Below, in pieces: positions 1-11,400 of a DNA stretch of 64,000 bases. The stretch lies in the NCBI GenBank assembly GCA_964188305.1, contig OZ076886.1; one strand, written 5' to 3'. This DNA comes from Podarcis bocagei. Lineage: Eukaryota. Positions within the stretch are counted from its first letter, which is position 1. Each line of letters opens with the position of its first letter. The position numbers and the translations under genes were made by a program. The notes under the pieces are model-generated. The model had not been told where the DNA came from. It was given only the letters and a program-made list of their open reading frames with translations, and did no database searches.

Positions 1-1302
1 TAACCCCAGATCTTTGAAAGGTTGGCAAACTATGGCCCCATTTAGATAACCACTATTAGAATCTTATCGTCACATAGCAATGAAATAAAAATAAGCAGTC
101 ATCATAGCAACTACACAGGTTACATGTGCAAAACTGCACTGTTGCCTTGGGATAACTCCCATCGTCCCATAGCAATTGCTCGTTAAAAGTAGCAACTGTG
201 CAGCAATATTAACGAGTGTAAAAAAAACCCCTCCCAAACCTCTATCTTCTTCTAGATGAGCAAGGCCTGCGAGAATTACAAAAATAGCTGCCTTCCCTTC
301 AGTGCTTTGTCCAAGCTCTGATGCTGCCGTTGTCACAGCATCTTGCTACCTGAGAGATGAAAACTGCATCTTATGCCCAGACCATCCTAGGCTCTGCCAT
401 CTCTCGGTTCTAACAGTCTGTCCATACTTGATAATTCACAATGGATGCAGGCATCCAAATTATGACTGTGGGTGGGCATGGTGGAGAGCTGGAGAGACTC
501 AAGGATATAGAAATCAGACCCAGCCACAGTTTATGTGCTTCTGTATAAGTCAAAGCGTACACCTGGAGTTAGGGGCCTGCTTGAATTAACAGTTTTTGAA
601 TGGAAATAGATCTGTAAATGTACTCTGGAATCTGCAGTGTAAGCCTCTTACATCTACATGTTCAAATTAACCCCAATCGTTTGGTTCAGATTCTACAAAA
701 CGGTACTGCCACTGTACAGTTCAATTCCTTATCCCCCCCCCCTTGTTGTAAAAGTGGATAAGCACCCATCAGCAACAAAAACTGCTGGCAGATTTGAGCA
801 ACATGTCTTCTTGCTAATTGTGAAACTATCTATATGCTAAGCACTTTAAGATTATATTGGAATAAAGCAATGAGTTTGAAAGGTGCTACAAGCAATAGGG
901 GTTGAAAACAATGTCAAACATTATTTTTTCTTTAGCACTATACTTGCATTGGCCCATAATGTAGTATTTTGCCTGTACTAGTTTAGAAAAAATTGGTGTT
1001 TTACTGTCTGAGAAGAGGAGGAACAAACTTCCTTCAGATAAAATACACAAAATGAAACGTTCACAAGATAGCAGAGCTTTTATGACATGATGGTTTGTTT
1101 ACTTTTCACACACACACATTATTTAAGGGACTACATGAGCACGTTATTTATGTTTGAGTGGTAATTAGAGAAAAATCTAAAATGTGTGTCTGACTTGTTA
1201 GCCCTCCATTAGTGCAATGGGGAAAACATTTGCTGCTTTGAGATTCTAAACTACCGTATGCCAACATTATGTTCAGAGGAGGGATGCAATGGAATGCCTG
1301 TG

Positions 1303-1548
1303 GAGTCATACCTTGGTTGATGAACGCCTTTGTTGACGAACTCAGACATTTTGGCTCCTGAATGCCGCAAACTCGAAAGTGAGTGTTCAGGTTTGTGAAC
1401 GTTCTTTGGAACCCGAACGTCCGTTTTGGCTGTCGGCATTGTTTCCGGGGCCAATCAGCCAATTGGAGGCCGTGCCTTTGTTTGCAATTGTTTTGGAAGT
1501 TGAACCGACTTCCGGAATGGATTCCGTTCGTCAACCAAGGTACAACTG
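1303..1548. mobile_element. Tigger/mariner-type MITE
   Basis: Inverted ends ...TACCTTGGTTGA / TCAACCAAGGTACAACTG followed by TA; related to the copies at 4104 and 41259. Confidence 0.7.
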
Positions 1549-1687
1549 TAAATGTTCATTTATGCATCTGTGGCCAGAGAGAGAGAGAAACGGAAGATGT
1601 TGTTTGCTGTGTATCATTGTAAAATTTGTCACTTACTGGTTAGTAGGGATAATATGTTACACATAAGGTATCATGTTTTCTCTAGCA

Positions 1688-2238
1688 CAGTGTTTCCCAA
1701 CCGGTGTTCCGCGGCACACTAGTGTGCCGTGAGACATCGGCTGGTGTGCCGTGGGAGGGAGGCGGGCGAGTCGGGCGGTGAGAGGCGGCGGCGGCAAGGA
1801 TCCGCGTCGAGCCGGGGGCGGCTCCGCGGTGGTGGTGCCGAGCGGCGGGGCAGCGCGTGCAAATGGAGGAGCGCGAGACAGCGGAGGAGGAGGAGGCCGG
1901 CGGCCGGCATGTCCGGGCAGCAGCAGCAACAACAGCAGCAGCAACTCCCGCCGCCGCCCCCTCCTCCGCCCGCTATCGCCGCCACCACCACAACAGCCGC
2001 CACCGCCTCAGCTGCCGCCGTCCCTCAGTCCCTCGCTCTGCTGCCTCCCCACCCCCACCCCCAAAGCTTGGAGGTTCCCCGGCAAGGCGGAGGGAAAAAA
2101 AGTGAAAACTTTCACTTTCGTGCGTCCCTCCCGGCGTGACGCTGCGCGCTGACGTCACGGGGCAGTAATGGTGGTGTGCCGCGAGATTTTTTTGATTAAA
2201 CAGGTGTGCCGTTGCCCAAAAAAGGTGGGGAAACACTG
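1688..2238. mobile_element. Non-autonomous hAT (Charlie-like) element with GC-rich cargo
   Basis: TIRs CAGTGTTTCCC(A/C)ACC, perfect 8-bp TSD CTCTAGCA (1680-1687, 2239-2246), subterminal GTGTGCCG repeats. Confidence 0.9.
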
Positions 2239-2254
2239 CTCTAGCAGTCCAATA

Positions 2255-2469
2255 CAGTGGTACCTCTGGTTACAGACACTTCAGGTTACAGACTCCGCTA
2301 ACCCAGAAATATTACCTCGGGTTAAGAACTTTGCTTCAGGATGAGAACAGAAATTGTACGGCGGCAACGGGAGGCCCCATTAGCTAAAGTGGTACCTCAG
2401 GTTAAGAACAGTTTCAGCTTAAGAACAGACCTCCAGAATGAATTAAGTTCTTAACCCGAGGTACCACTG
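2255..2469. mobile_element. Tigger-type MITE
   Basis: TIRs CAGTGGTACCTC(T/G)GGTTA, TA target duplication on both sides. Confidence 0.85.
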
Positions 2470-3462
2470 TAGATGAGATAATAAAATTATCACACAAGTT
2501 GGGATCCAATGTGTTGGGGATCGCCTCTGTTAAAAGGTATCCCTCTACCTGAAAATTTGCATTTTTGTGATGGCTATTGGTGTTTAGCAAAGAAATTTGG
2601 CTGGCTGACTCACCAATATACACAATGTAGCAGCACTCAGCCACAAAAGCAGAAGGGGATTCCCCCCCCCCCTCCACAGGCTACCAAATGAAATAGAATA
2701 GCTCACAGCCAGAGGAAACTGTACTGGATGGAACAGATGGACCAGTGGTCTTGCTAAGTAAGAGCCAGCTTCATGTGTTCCTGTGAGCAACACATGCATT
2801 CTGGCCATCTAAGTCCCATGAGAACAGTGGGGCTTAAATGGGCATAATGCTATACTGTACTTGGTTCTGGTCACGGTCCATACAGGCCTAAGGAAAGCTT
2901 CAAAGCTTAATTAGTTACAACCAAATTCTATTAATTACAGCTGAGTCAAAATTTCTCATAAGACATTTTTCTGATAAATCTTCTGAATTCATTCCTTTTT
3001 CTCACCCTAGAAGAAGGCCACTTAATACCATTTCCCCAAATTTCCTCAAGCATTTTATAATGACAGCCTTTTGTTTGTTTCACAATGTCCCAGAACTATG
3101 GATAGATAATCTAGGGAATTATGGAGGGTGTAAAATGGTGACCAGGCTACCAACCCAGAAAAAAAAAAAGATTTTAAAAAAGATTTAGGTTAAAATATTG
3201 AAACTGTGCTAAATTACACTGCTAGTGGGAAGCCATACCCTTAAGCAAATGTTGGAAAAATTCTCCCCCTCCCCTTGGAAGAATTTTGTGAAATGGTCCC
3301 CTGCTTTTTCCTCTGTCCACTGATGGGGTAAATTCCGAGAGGCCGTTTGCACACTGCTGTCTTATTCACACGGTGGTGGAGTTGGTGAGAATATTGTGAT
3401 ATAATGACTTTTACTCTTTTACTGCAACAATCGTTTTAATCTCAGTTCTTTGGTTGTTCAAG

Positions 3463-3575
3463 GTATGGCAAGGCCTCAATGTAGTTAAGACCGGAAGAGT
3501 AATGCTGGGAGAAACTAATCCTGCAGATTCCAAACCTGGCACAATTCGTGGTGACTTCTGTGTGCAAGTTGGCAG
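3463..3575 (+). CDS. NME1: NME1 penultimate coding exon (VWQG...QVGR, ends phase 2)
   Basis: ttcaag|GTATGG acceptor, GGCAG|gtaaat donor, 113 nt. Confidence 0.93.
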
Positions 3576-3648
3576 GTAAATTCCGAATTGACGTCTTACA
3601 AAATGGAATTGCTAACTAGTTCTAGTCTACATGCAGTTAGGATACAAA

Positions 3649-3715
<67 letters not shown>

Positions 3716-5155
3716 GTACAGTACTTTTCTGTGTATTAGACAAGGATTTTCTCGATGAAGTAATGTATAAAAATAGGGGTCATCTTATACATGGGTAGTT
3801 CAGAGGGGGGGTGGGGGATTGGTTGCTGCCGCGAGCAGGAGACTGTCAGCGACGGTAGTGCATGTGATAAGTGTCTGCATCAAGGGCTTTTATTGATTGG
3901 GCGGGCGATAGGCAGCCTCTGGGGGTGAGCGGTCAGATGTTTGTTGGCTTCTGGAAGTGTTGTTTAGGCGGGTGAGTGAGCAATCCCCTCCCCCCCAAAA
4001 GCAACCCTGGGCAATCCTCCCCCCAAAATGCTCAACAACTCTGTGCAAAGAGTTATACACGGGGGCGTGTTATACACAGAAAAACATGGTACTACTACTA
4101 CTACAGTCATACTTGGTTTTCGAACAGCTTACGGTAGTTCTCAAACATTTTGGCTCCCAAACACTGCAAACCCGGAAGTGACTGTTCCGGTTCGTGAACT
4201 ATTTTTGGAAGCCGAACATTCGATGGGGCTTCCATGGCTTCTGATTGGCTGCAGGAGCTTCCTGCAGCCAATCAGAAGCCGCACTTTGGTTTCGAAACGT
4301 TTTGGAAGTCAAACAGACTTCCGGAACAGATTCCGTTTGACTTCCAAGGTACAACTGTATTTTTAAAAAGACATTTGGAGTGTAAATTAATAGTTATGAC
4401 CTGAACAGCTGGTGCTTCTCATAGTAGCTTCCCAACATTACAGCAAGCCTAACAAGCCCCTGCTTCTTTTGCCTTTTTCATTATCTCAGTGCCTGTCTTT
4501 GCCATAGTTCCTCCTGCCACATTTCCTTATGCTACTGCATGTGATGGCCTTGGGGCAGCACAGGTTATGAAGAGAGGCTGGCCTGCTAAAAGCATCAAAC
4601 ACTGCTGTTGTAGCACCTCAGAGTTCCTTTACAAAGAATACATTGTGTGATATTGTTTTTTCCTTTGAGCGCCATAGCCTTGTCTAACAAGTAGTATTAT
4701 AAAAACTTTGGACTGTGGTTTAAATTTAAGACTTGGAAACTTTGCGCACAGTTTAATATGCTGCCCCTGTGGGAAATAAACACTTTGTCTTAGGAGGGTG
4801 CAAAGGAGTGGAAAAGAAATAGCTTGTTATAGTAGCAAACAATTACTGAAACACAAGGGTTTCACGTTACATCCAGCAAAGTCACTTCTCTGTTGCAGTA
4901 TATGCACAATTACGGTAATATGGGGGGAGGGGTTATTGTCCATTTGTCAAAACGTAACAGCCAATAAAACTATTATTTCTATGTTTTTCTGTTTGATTAG
5001 TATAATCAAATTTTTTTCAACTTTATTGCCCTTTCAGAAATATAATTCATGGCAGTGACTCTGTAGAAAATGCTGAGATTGAAATCAACCTATGGTTCAC
5101 ACCAGAAGAAATTGTCGACTACACAAGCTGTGAGCACCCATGGATCTATGATTAA
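3463..5155 (+). CDS. NME1: Nucleoside diphosphate kinase, upstream paralogue (NME1 position); last two coding exons join(3463..3575,5038..5155); earlier exons not found, probably upstream of the window
   Basis: Translation [38 protein letters not shown] + [38 protein letters not shown]; AG/GT boundaries; 113 and 118 nt exons match the downstream paralogue; catalytic His codon 5048-5050. Symbol assigned from the NME1-NME2-MBTD1 order seen in human. Confidence 0.88.
3649..3713. repeat. (ATT)n microsatellite
   Basis: Pure trinucleotide run. Confidence 0.95.
3714..4089. mobile_element. Older Tc2/pogo-type non-autonomous element
   Basis: Degenerate inverted ends (CCGTA..TTTTCTGTGTAT / ATACACAGAAAAACATGG) flanked by TA. 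Confidence 0.5.
4104..4357. mobile_element. Tigger/mariner-type MITE
   Basis: TA-CAGTCATACTTGG ... CCAAGGTACAACTG-TA with internal palindrome. Confidence 0.8.
5038..5155 (+). CDS. NME1: NME1 last coding exon (NIIHGSD...WIYD*)
   Basis: ctttcag|A acceptor, HGSD active-site motif, TAA at 5153-5155. Confidence 0.93.
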
Positions 5156-5499
5156 AAACTTGTGTATTCCTTTGTTATGTTTATCTGGAAACAGTTCCTA
5201 CCTCCAATATCCTCTAAAATTGTTTCCCCAAATGCCCTGTATGATTTATAAATGTTAATTGTATTTGTTGTGCTGACTGAAGATTTTATTTAACTAAACT
5301 GGAATATACTTTTATTCATTAGAAAAGGAAATGGGGTGAGGGCTGTTGAAGAAGAGAACACACTTTTGTTCTCCTTCAGCAGTTATCAAACGCACATGCT
5401 TAATTTTATTATATTTACTGTACTCAATGGAGTCAACCATTACTTTAGGTTGTTCATATTTATGAGTTTGCAAGATGAGAAGGGCTGTTTAGGGCAGCC

Positions 5500-5611
5500 C
5501 TGTTTAGGGAAGCTTTTAATATTTAACAGACTATTGTATTTTAATATTTTGTTGGAAGCTGCCCAGAGTGGCTGAGGAAACCCAGCCAGATGGGCGGGGT
5601 ATAAATAATAA

Positions 5612-5688
<77 letters not shown>

Positions 5689-5700
5689 CACTACTATTAT
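5500..5700 (+). mobile_element. LINE (L2-like) 3' end with AATAAA and (ATT)n/(ACT)n microsatellite tail
   Basis: ...GAAACCCAGCCAGATGGGCGGGGTATAAATAATAAA-(TTA)n; the same terminus recurs near 53225-53260. Confidence 0.7.
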
Positions 5701-5905
5701 GAGAAGCTATTGTATACAAACCATTTGCCACTGAATACGTTACACAAGTGATAAATAACATACTCCCTGAATGGATCAGCAGAGTGGCTATTCTGTTTCA
5801 CCTTAAAATGCCAGGTCATGAATGCAGCAATGCAAAACATTACACTACAGTGTAATTTAAATATGGTGTAATCACAGCATATTGAATACTTATAGAATGT
5901 AATCT

Positions 5906-7410
5906 ATTTGATTGATTGATTTCATAAAATTTATATACCACCTGATTGTAAAGAAAACAACCCTCAAAATGGTTTACAAAAAGAATAAAGCAATGAAATT
6001 ATCAGTAAAAACAATTATTTAAAACATACAAAAAACTAAAAACAGATTAAAACACACACCAACATTCTAGATATCTGGGTAGGTGCCAAAAGTGCACAGT
6101 GAACGTGCTTGTCTGATATCAAAAGGCAGGGAGTTCCAAAGTGTAGATGCTGCCACACTAAAATATTGAGTGCCAGTTCTACAGACTGAAGTGGTTGAAT
6201 TCGCATATAAGGTGATCTTGCAGGTAGACTGGTCCCCAGTTGCTAAGGGCTTTATATACTAACAATTTGAACCTGGCCCGGTAGCAAATTGGCACTGAAC
6301 ACAGGTGTTATGTGCTGGCAAAGTCTCACCCTTATCAGCAATCGTGCAGCAGCACAAGAGTACATTGCAGTAATCCAGCCTTGAAGTAACCAATACCTGG
6401 ACTACTGTGACCAAGCTTTCCTGGTCCAGGAATGGGTGTAGCTGTTGTACCAATTGCAGCTAGTAAAAGGCACTGAGGCTACCTGAACCTCAAGTGACAG
6501 AACTGGATTCAGAAGCACCCCAAAGCTTTGAACCTCTTCCTTCAGGGGGAGTACAATCCAATCAGGGCAGGCAATTGACCCAATTTCTCAGACATGGGAG
6601 TTACTCACCCACAGTGCCTCCATCTTGCCAGGGTCCAAGCTGAGCTTGTTTTCCCTCATCCATCTCACCACTGCATCCAAGCAACAGCCCAGAGCCTGTA
6701 TGGCCTCTCCTAATTCAGATGTTATAGAGAAATAGAGCTGAGTTATGTTATGGAGAAATAGACCCTGTCCTAAAACTCCCAATGACTGCTCCCAGTGGCT
6801 TCATGTAAATAGTAAATAGCATTGGAAATAAGATGACTGTCGTGTGGCAGCCCATAACATAGCTGCCCAGGGAGCCGAAAAGCACTTTCCCAATGCTACT
6901 CTCTGGACTCTGTCCCAAAAGCAGGATTGGAACCACTAGAATACTGTGGTCCCAATTCCCATTCCCCAGAGCCAGTCCAGAGGGATTCCGTGGTGAATGG
7001 TAGCTGACAAGAGATCAAGAAGCAAGGTCACACTCTCCCTGTCCCGCTCTCTGCAAAGGTCATCCATCAGGGCGACCAAGGGAGACTCAGGGCCCTGACC
7101 AGCTATTTGTAACTAGTTGATAGTTGCTCTAGCCGAAGGGGTCCAGAGTCAATTTCTTTAGGAGCTGCCACAATTTAGGAGTTGCCCCTTTCAAGGCAGC
7201 AGGGATGATCCCTCATACAATGAAGTGTTAACTACACTCTAGACCCAACCAGTCAGCTGCCCTCTGCTAGAATTAGTAAGCCAGGAGGGACAGGGGTCAA
7301 GGGGACATGTGGTCAGATGTACTGCTGCCAGCACCTTGCCCACATCAGCGGATTGCGTAAGCTGACAGTGTTCCCACAAGACATCCTCAATAGCGGCACT
7401 GGATAAAACT
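5906..7410 (-). mobile_element. Decayed L2-type LINE (reverse-transcriptase region)
   Basis: Frameshifted peptides LVTSRLDYCN, WMRENKLSLDPGK, ILFPMLFTIYMKPLG typical of L2/CR1-clade ORF2; boundaries approximate. Confidence 0.8.
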
Positions 7411-8033
7411 TAATTGTAACAAATATTAGCAAATTTTAAATGTTGGTTTTGCTTCTAGTGGATACACATGGGTTGCGGTATCAATTTGAAAATAAAGCTT
7501 TATACAGATGGTTATTAAACTCTTTTATCCCCTCTAATTCTAACTCTGCTCATAGGCCATTTTAAGGCAAGATTAGTATAGATGCTTATGAAATGCATTA
7601 TGAGAAAAGGCGATTAATACGAGGGACATTCACTAAGCTGTGCCTCCCGTCACTCATTTATATTACTGTTTGTTGTTGGAAAGGAAGGCATTGTACAGCA
7701 TAGCTTCTTAATTCTGTTGAGCTTCATTACATCTGCTTACATGTTTCCTTATCTTGATTACATGAGCTACAAAAACTTAATTCACATTATGTATCACAGT
7801 TAAGAAAGCAGACAGGCTGCTCTACAGCAGGATTGGCTTGTACGTTTGAAAGCTCAGATCATGAATTATAATTTCTCAACTCTGAGCATAAGAAATCGCC
7901 TTACACCAGGTCATTCCAGTAGTGTCTCCTCTGACTGGTAGTGGCTCTCCAAAGTACTGACAGAGGTCTCTTCCATCATCTGCCAGCTGGGATCTTCAGC
8001 ACATGAAATCATGAGCAGTCCTCCCCAAAACTA

Positions 8034-9451
8034 CCGTATTTTTCGCTCTATAGGACGCACTTTTCCCCCTTCAAAAATGAAGGGGAAATGTGTGTGCGTC
8101 CTATGGAGCGAAGACGCCATAGCCCCGCGACCCTCTCCCGACTGGAGAGGTGACACGCGGCTATGGCAGGAACCTCTACAGCCCCGTGTCACCTCTCCAG
8201 CCGGGAGAGCACGCGCACGGGGCTAAAGCAGCCCCCCGCGACCCTCTCCCGGCTGGAGAGGTGACGCGCGGCTATGGCAGGAGCCTCTATAGCCGCGCGT
8301 CACCTCCCCAGCCGGAAGAGCGCGTGCGGGGAGTGTCTGCAAGCCTCGCGCACCCGGCAGGAGGTCCCACCGGGTGCGCGAGGCTTGGGGCGGCAGCCTG
8401 TCGCCCGAAGCACGGGGAGCCCTCGGGAGGGCTCCCCCTGCTTCGGGCGAGTGTCTGCAAGCCTCGCGCACCCGGCAGGAGGTCCCACCGGGTGCGCGAG
8501 GCTTGGGGCGGCAGCGGACTGCTTGCGCGCACCTAGAAGCTTGGGGCGCGCTGAGCTCAGCACGCCCCAAGCTCCTGGTGTAGCGCAGCGATCCGCTAGC
8601 CCTGGGAGAGCCCCGCGGCTCTCCCAAGACTAGCGGACTGCTTGCGCGCACCTAGAAGCTTGGGGCGCGCTGAGCTCAGCACGCCCCAAGCTCCTGGCGT
8701 AGCGCAGCGATCCGCTAGCCCTGGGAGAGCCCCGCGGCTCTCCCAAGGCTAGCGGACTGCTTGCCCGCACCTAGAAGCTTGGGGCGCGCTGAGCTCAGCA
8801 CGCCCCAAGCTTCTAGGTGCGGGCAAGCAGTCCGCTGCCGCCCCAAGCCTCGCGCACCCGGTGGAACCTCCTGCCGGGTGCGCGAGGCTTGGGGCGGCAG
8901 CGGACTGCTTGCGCGCACCTAGAAGCTTGGGGCGCGCTGCTTCTAGGTGCGGGCAAGCAGTCCGCTGCCGCCCCAAGCCTCGCGCACCCGGTGGGACCTC
9001 CTGCCGGGTGCGCGAGGCTTGGGGCGGCAGCGGACTGCTTGCGCGCACCTAGAAGCTTGGGGCGCGCTGCTTCTAGGTGCGGGCAAGCAGTCCGCTGCCG
9101 CCCCAAGCCTCGCGCACCCGGTGGGACCTCCTGCCGGGTGCGCGAGGCTTGGGGCGGCAGCGGACTGCTTGCGCGCACCTAGAAGCTTGGGGCGCGCTGA
9201 GCTCAGCACGCCCCAAGCTCCTGGATTAGCGCAGGGGTCCGCTAGCCCTGGGAGAGGCGCCCGGCTCTCCCACGCTAGCGGAGACCTTGCCGGCACGCAG
9301 AAGCTTGGGGCGCGCTGAGCTCCGCACGCCCCAAGCTCCTGGTGTAGCGCAGCGCACCTGGGGGGGAAATAAATTTTTTTCCCTTTATTTCCCCCCCAAA
9401 AATCTAGGTGCGTCTTATGGGCCGGTGCGTCTTATGGTGCGAAAAATACGG
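8034..9451. mobile_element. Tc2/pogo-type non-autonomous DNA transposon with internal array of GC-rich hairpins
   Basis: TA-CCGTATTTTTCGC ... GCGAAAAATACGG-TA; 130-bp tandem units at 8811, 8941, 9071. Confidence 0.88.
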
Positions 9452-10639
9452 TATGTTCCTTTCCACAGTGCAAACCCCAGTTTAGCATGTTTAATGATCA
9501 AATACATAGGATTGTTTATTTTCTCCACAAGACTTAAAAGTAGCTGAAGATCCACCTGAACTGGACCCAGGCTACAGCACTGCAAGAAAGGGTGCTAACA
9601 CTTTTGCCTGCCCAGTTTCCCCACTAGAAATTACATCCATGAAGCTGGTATTAGTATTGGTGGTGGGGGATGGGTATCCTTATTACATGTTCCTGCCTCA
9701 ACTGGTGTTAATAGCATCTTTTGCAGGAGAGGGGAAGAGATTTTCAGCAAGGATATTGTGAAAAATAACTTCTGTCCTGAGGGCCTAATCTACTTGGGGG
9801 GGTGTGTGGGTTCCTTTAACTATTGGTAGGTGCAAGAGAAGTAATGGATCTCCTTTGTAAATAAGTCAGTTTGGGGAGTGATTGGAGGAAGTGGTTAAAG
9901 GCTGCAACATGTTAATGGGAGCAAAAATACCTCATGAAATTATTACACTGAGAAGCCTGTGATATTGTGGAAAGCAAAGTACATGCTTGGGCTTGGTGGA
10001 AAAAGCAAAGCACATCATAGCACAGTTTACATGTTCTTGGCAAAAAGGCAGAGGACTTTAAGTTGTGTTGTTTAAAAAATGGGAATCCCAGACAGTCTGC
10101 TACAAAACATGTTTTATCTGATTTTATCAGCTTCCCCTCTGCATCAGAGAGGCAGGCTTGTACTGATGGGCTCTCCCTAGCTAGAGCAGGTGGAGAACCT
10201 TTTAGGATCCACGGGCCAGATCTTTATCAGGATCTGCCTCACAGGCCAAATCTGACAGGTGGGAAGGAGCACCCACCTGTCAAAATCCCTATCCGCTCCC
10301 ATCAGCCCTCTGGCCCCATGCAGATTAAAATCCCTTCCTTGTATCCAATAGAGTAGTCCTGTTGTTACCTACGAACGTGACTGAGGCTCCAGCCCCATCC
10401 CCACTTCCCTGGAAGCAAGCCCCACTGAATTCTATAGGACTTACTTCTAAGTAGCGGGCACGATTAGGGTTGCCCTATATAACTCAGGTCCATTCATTTC
10501 AACGAGTTCTGAGGATAAGCAATCTCCGGGTTGCTTTGTGCTGTACTGTATATTGTTCAGACTGTTTCCTCCACTGACTGGAGTGGAGAAAACACAGAAA
10601 TGCTGCTGGCATGCTTTCCCCCTCCAACTTGGGATCCTG

Positions 10640-11400
10640 GGGCGAGGCGGGGAACCACCATCTGCTCAGATTGCAAAAACCAAAGCGGCGGCGAGGGACC
10701 TACGCGGAGTAGGAGGAGGCAGCCGACGACCAAGCCCGCCTCCTTTGCTCCCCTCCCGGCTTGTCTCCGGCGCCGGCCCGGCCTTGCTCCGCCTCTTCCC
10801 CTGGAGGTTTGCAGGGAGACGGCAGCTGCAGACACGCTCTCCGGGCCCGACCAGACTCCTTGCAGCTGAGGTGAGCTTTATTCCCACCACCCACCCCTTT
10901 CTTTGGTCTTTCTTCACTTTCTTCCTGGAGGAAGAAACCAAAACGAGGTTCTGGGGCAAAAAAAAAAAGAGGAGGAAGAAATGCAGCTGGAGCCGGCTAA
11001 AGAGGAAATGGCGGCTGGGGGGAGGGTGCCTTTTGCAAAAAAAGAGCGCATTTTGCAGCAGCCTGGGAGGCGCAGCCACCTCTCCTCGCCTCCCCTCGGG
11101 GGCCTCTGTAACTTGAGGCGGCCGAGGCGAGAAGAAGGAGGCAGCCCTGCCGCCGCAGAGCACATGCCTGTGCCTGTCTACTCGGAAGTCAGTCCCGTTG
11201 GATTAAGTGGGGCTTACTCCCGGGTAAATGGGTGTAGGGTTGCAGCCCCAGGGCGGAGAGGCCCAAATAGACGCCGCCCGAGGGGAGGGGAACAAAGGGC
11301 TCTTCCGCGACACGTGGACGGATGGTGGAGGAAGCCTTGCCCACGTGCAGTCGAATGGTGCCTGCCCCGGTACTTGGGGGGAGGGGGAGGGGTGTAGAAT
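10640..11400 (+). promoter_or_regulatory. CpG island / promoter of NME2, with non-coding exon 1 ending at 10870
   Basis: Non-repetitive GC/CpG-rich stretch, GC box CCCGCC near 10735, pyrimidine initiator-like CCTCTTCC at 10792, strong donor GAG|GTGAGC at 10870/10871, ~1.6 kb upstream of the ATG exon. Confidence 0.7.

Noticed and set aside
3315-3405. Possible snoRNA upstream of the NME1 exon
   Set aside because: Incomplete box C (TGATGG), no box D and no terminal stem.
8811-9200. CRISPR-like regular repeats
   Set aside because: Eukaryotic context; units are repeated whole with no unique spacers, and no cas genes are present.
8011-9547. Dense cluster of overlapping ORFs on both strands
   Set aside because: By-product of GC-rich palindromic tandem repeats inside a TIR element; identical peptides occur on both strands and there are no transposase motifs.
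11376-11392. G-rich tract as a G-quadruplex autoregulatory site for NME2
   Set aside because: Only three G runs, and such tracts are common in CpG islands; no support beyond analogy with MYC promoter binding.
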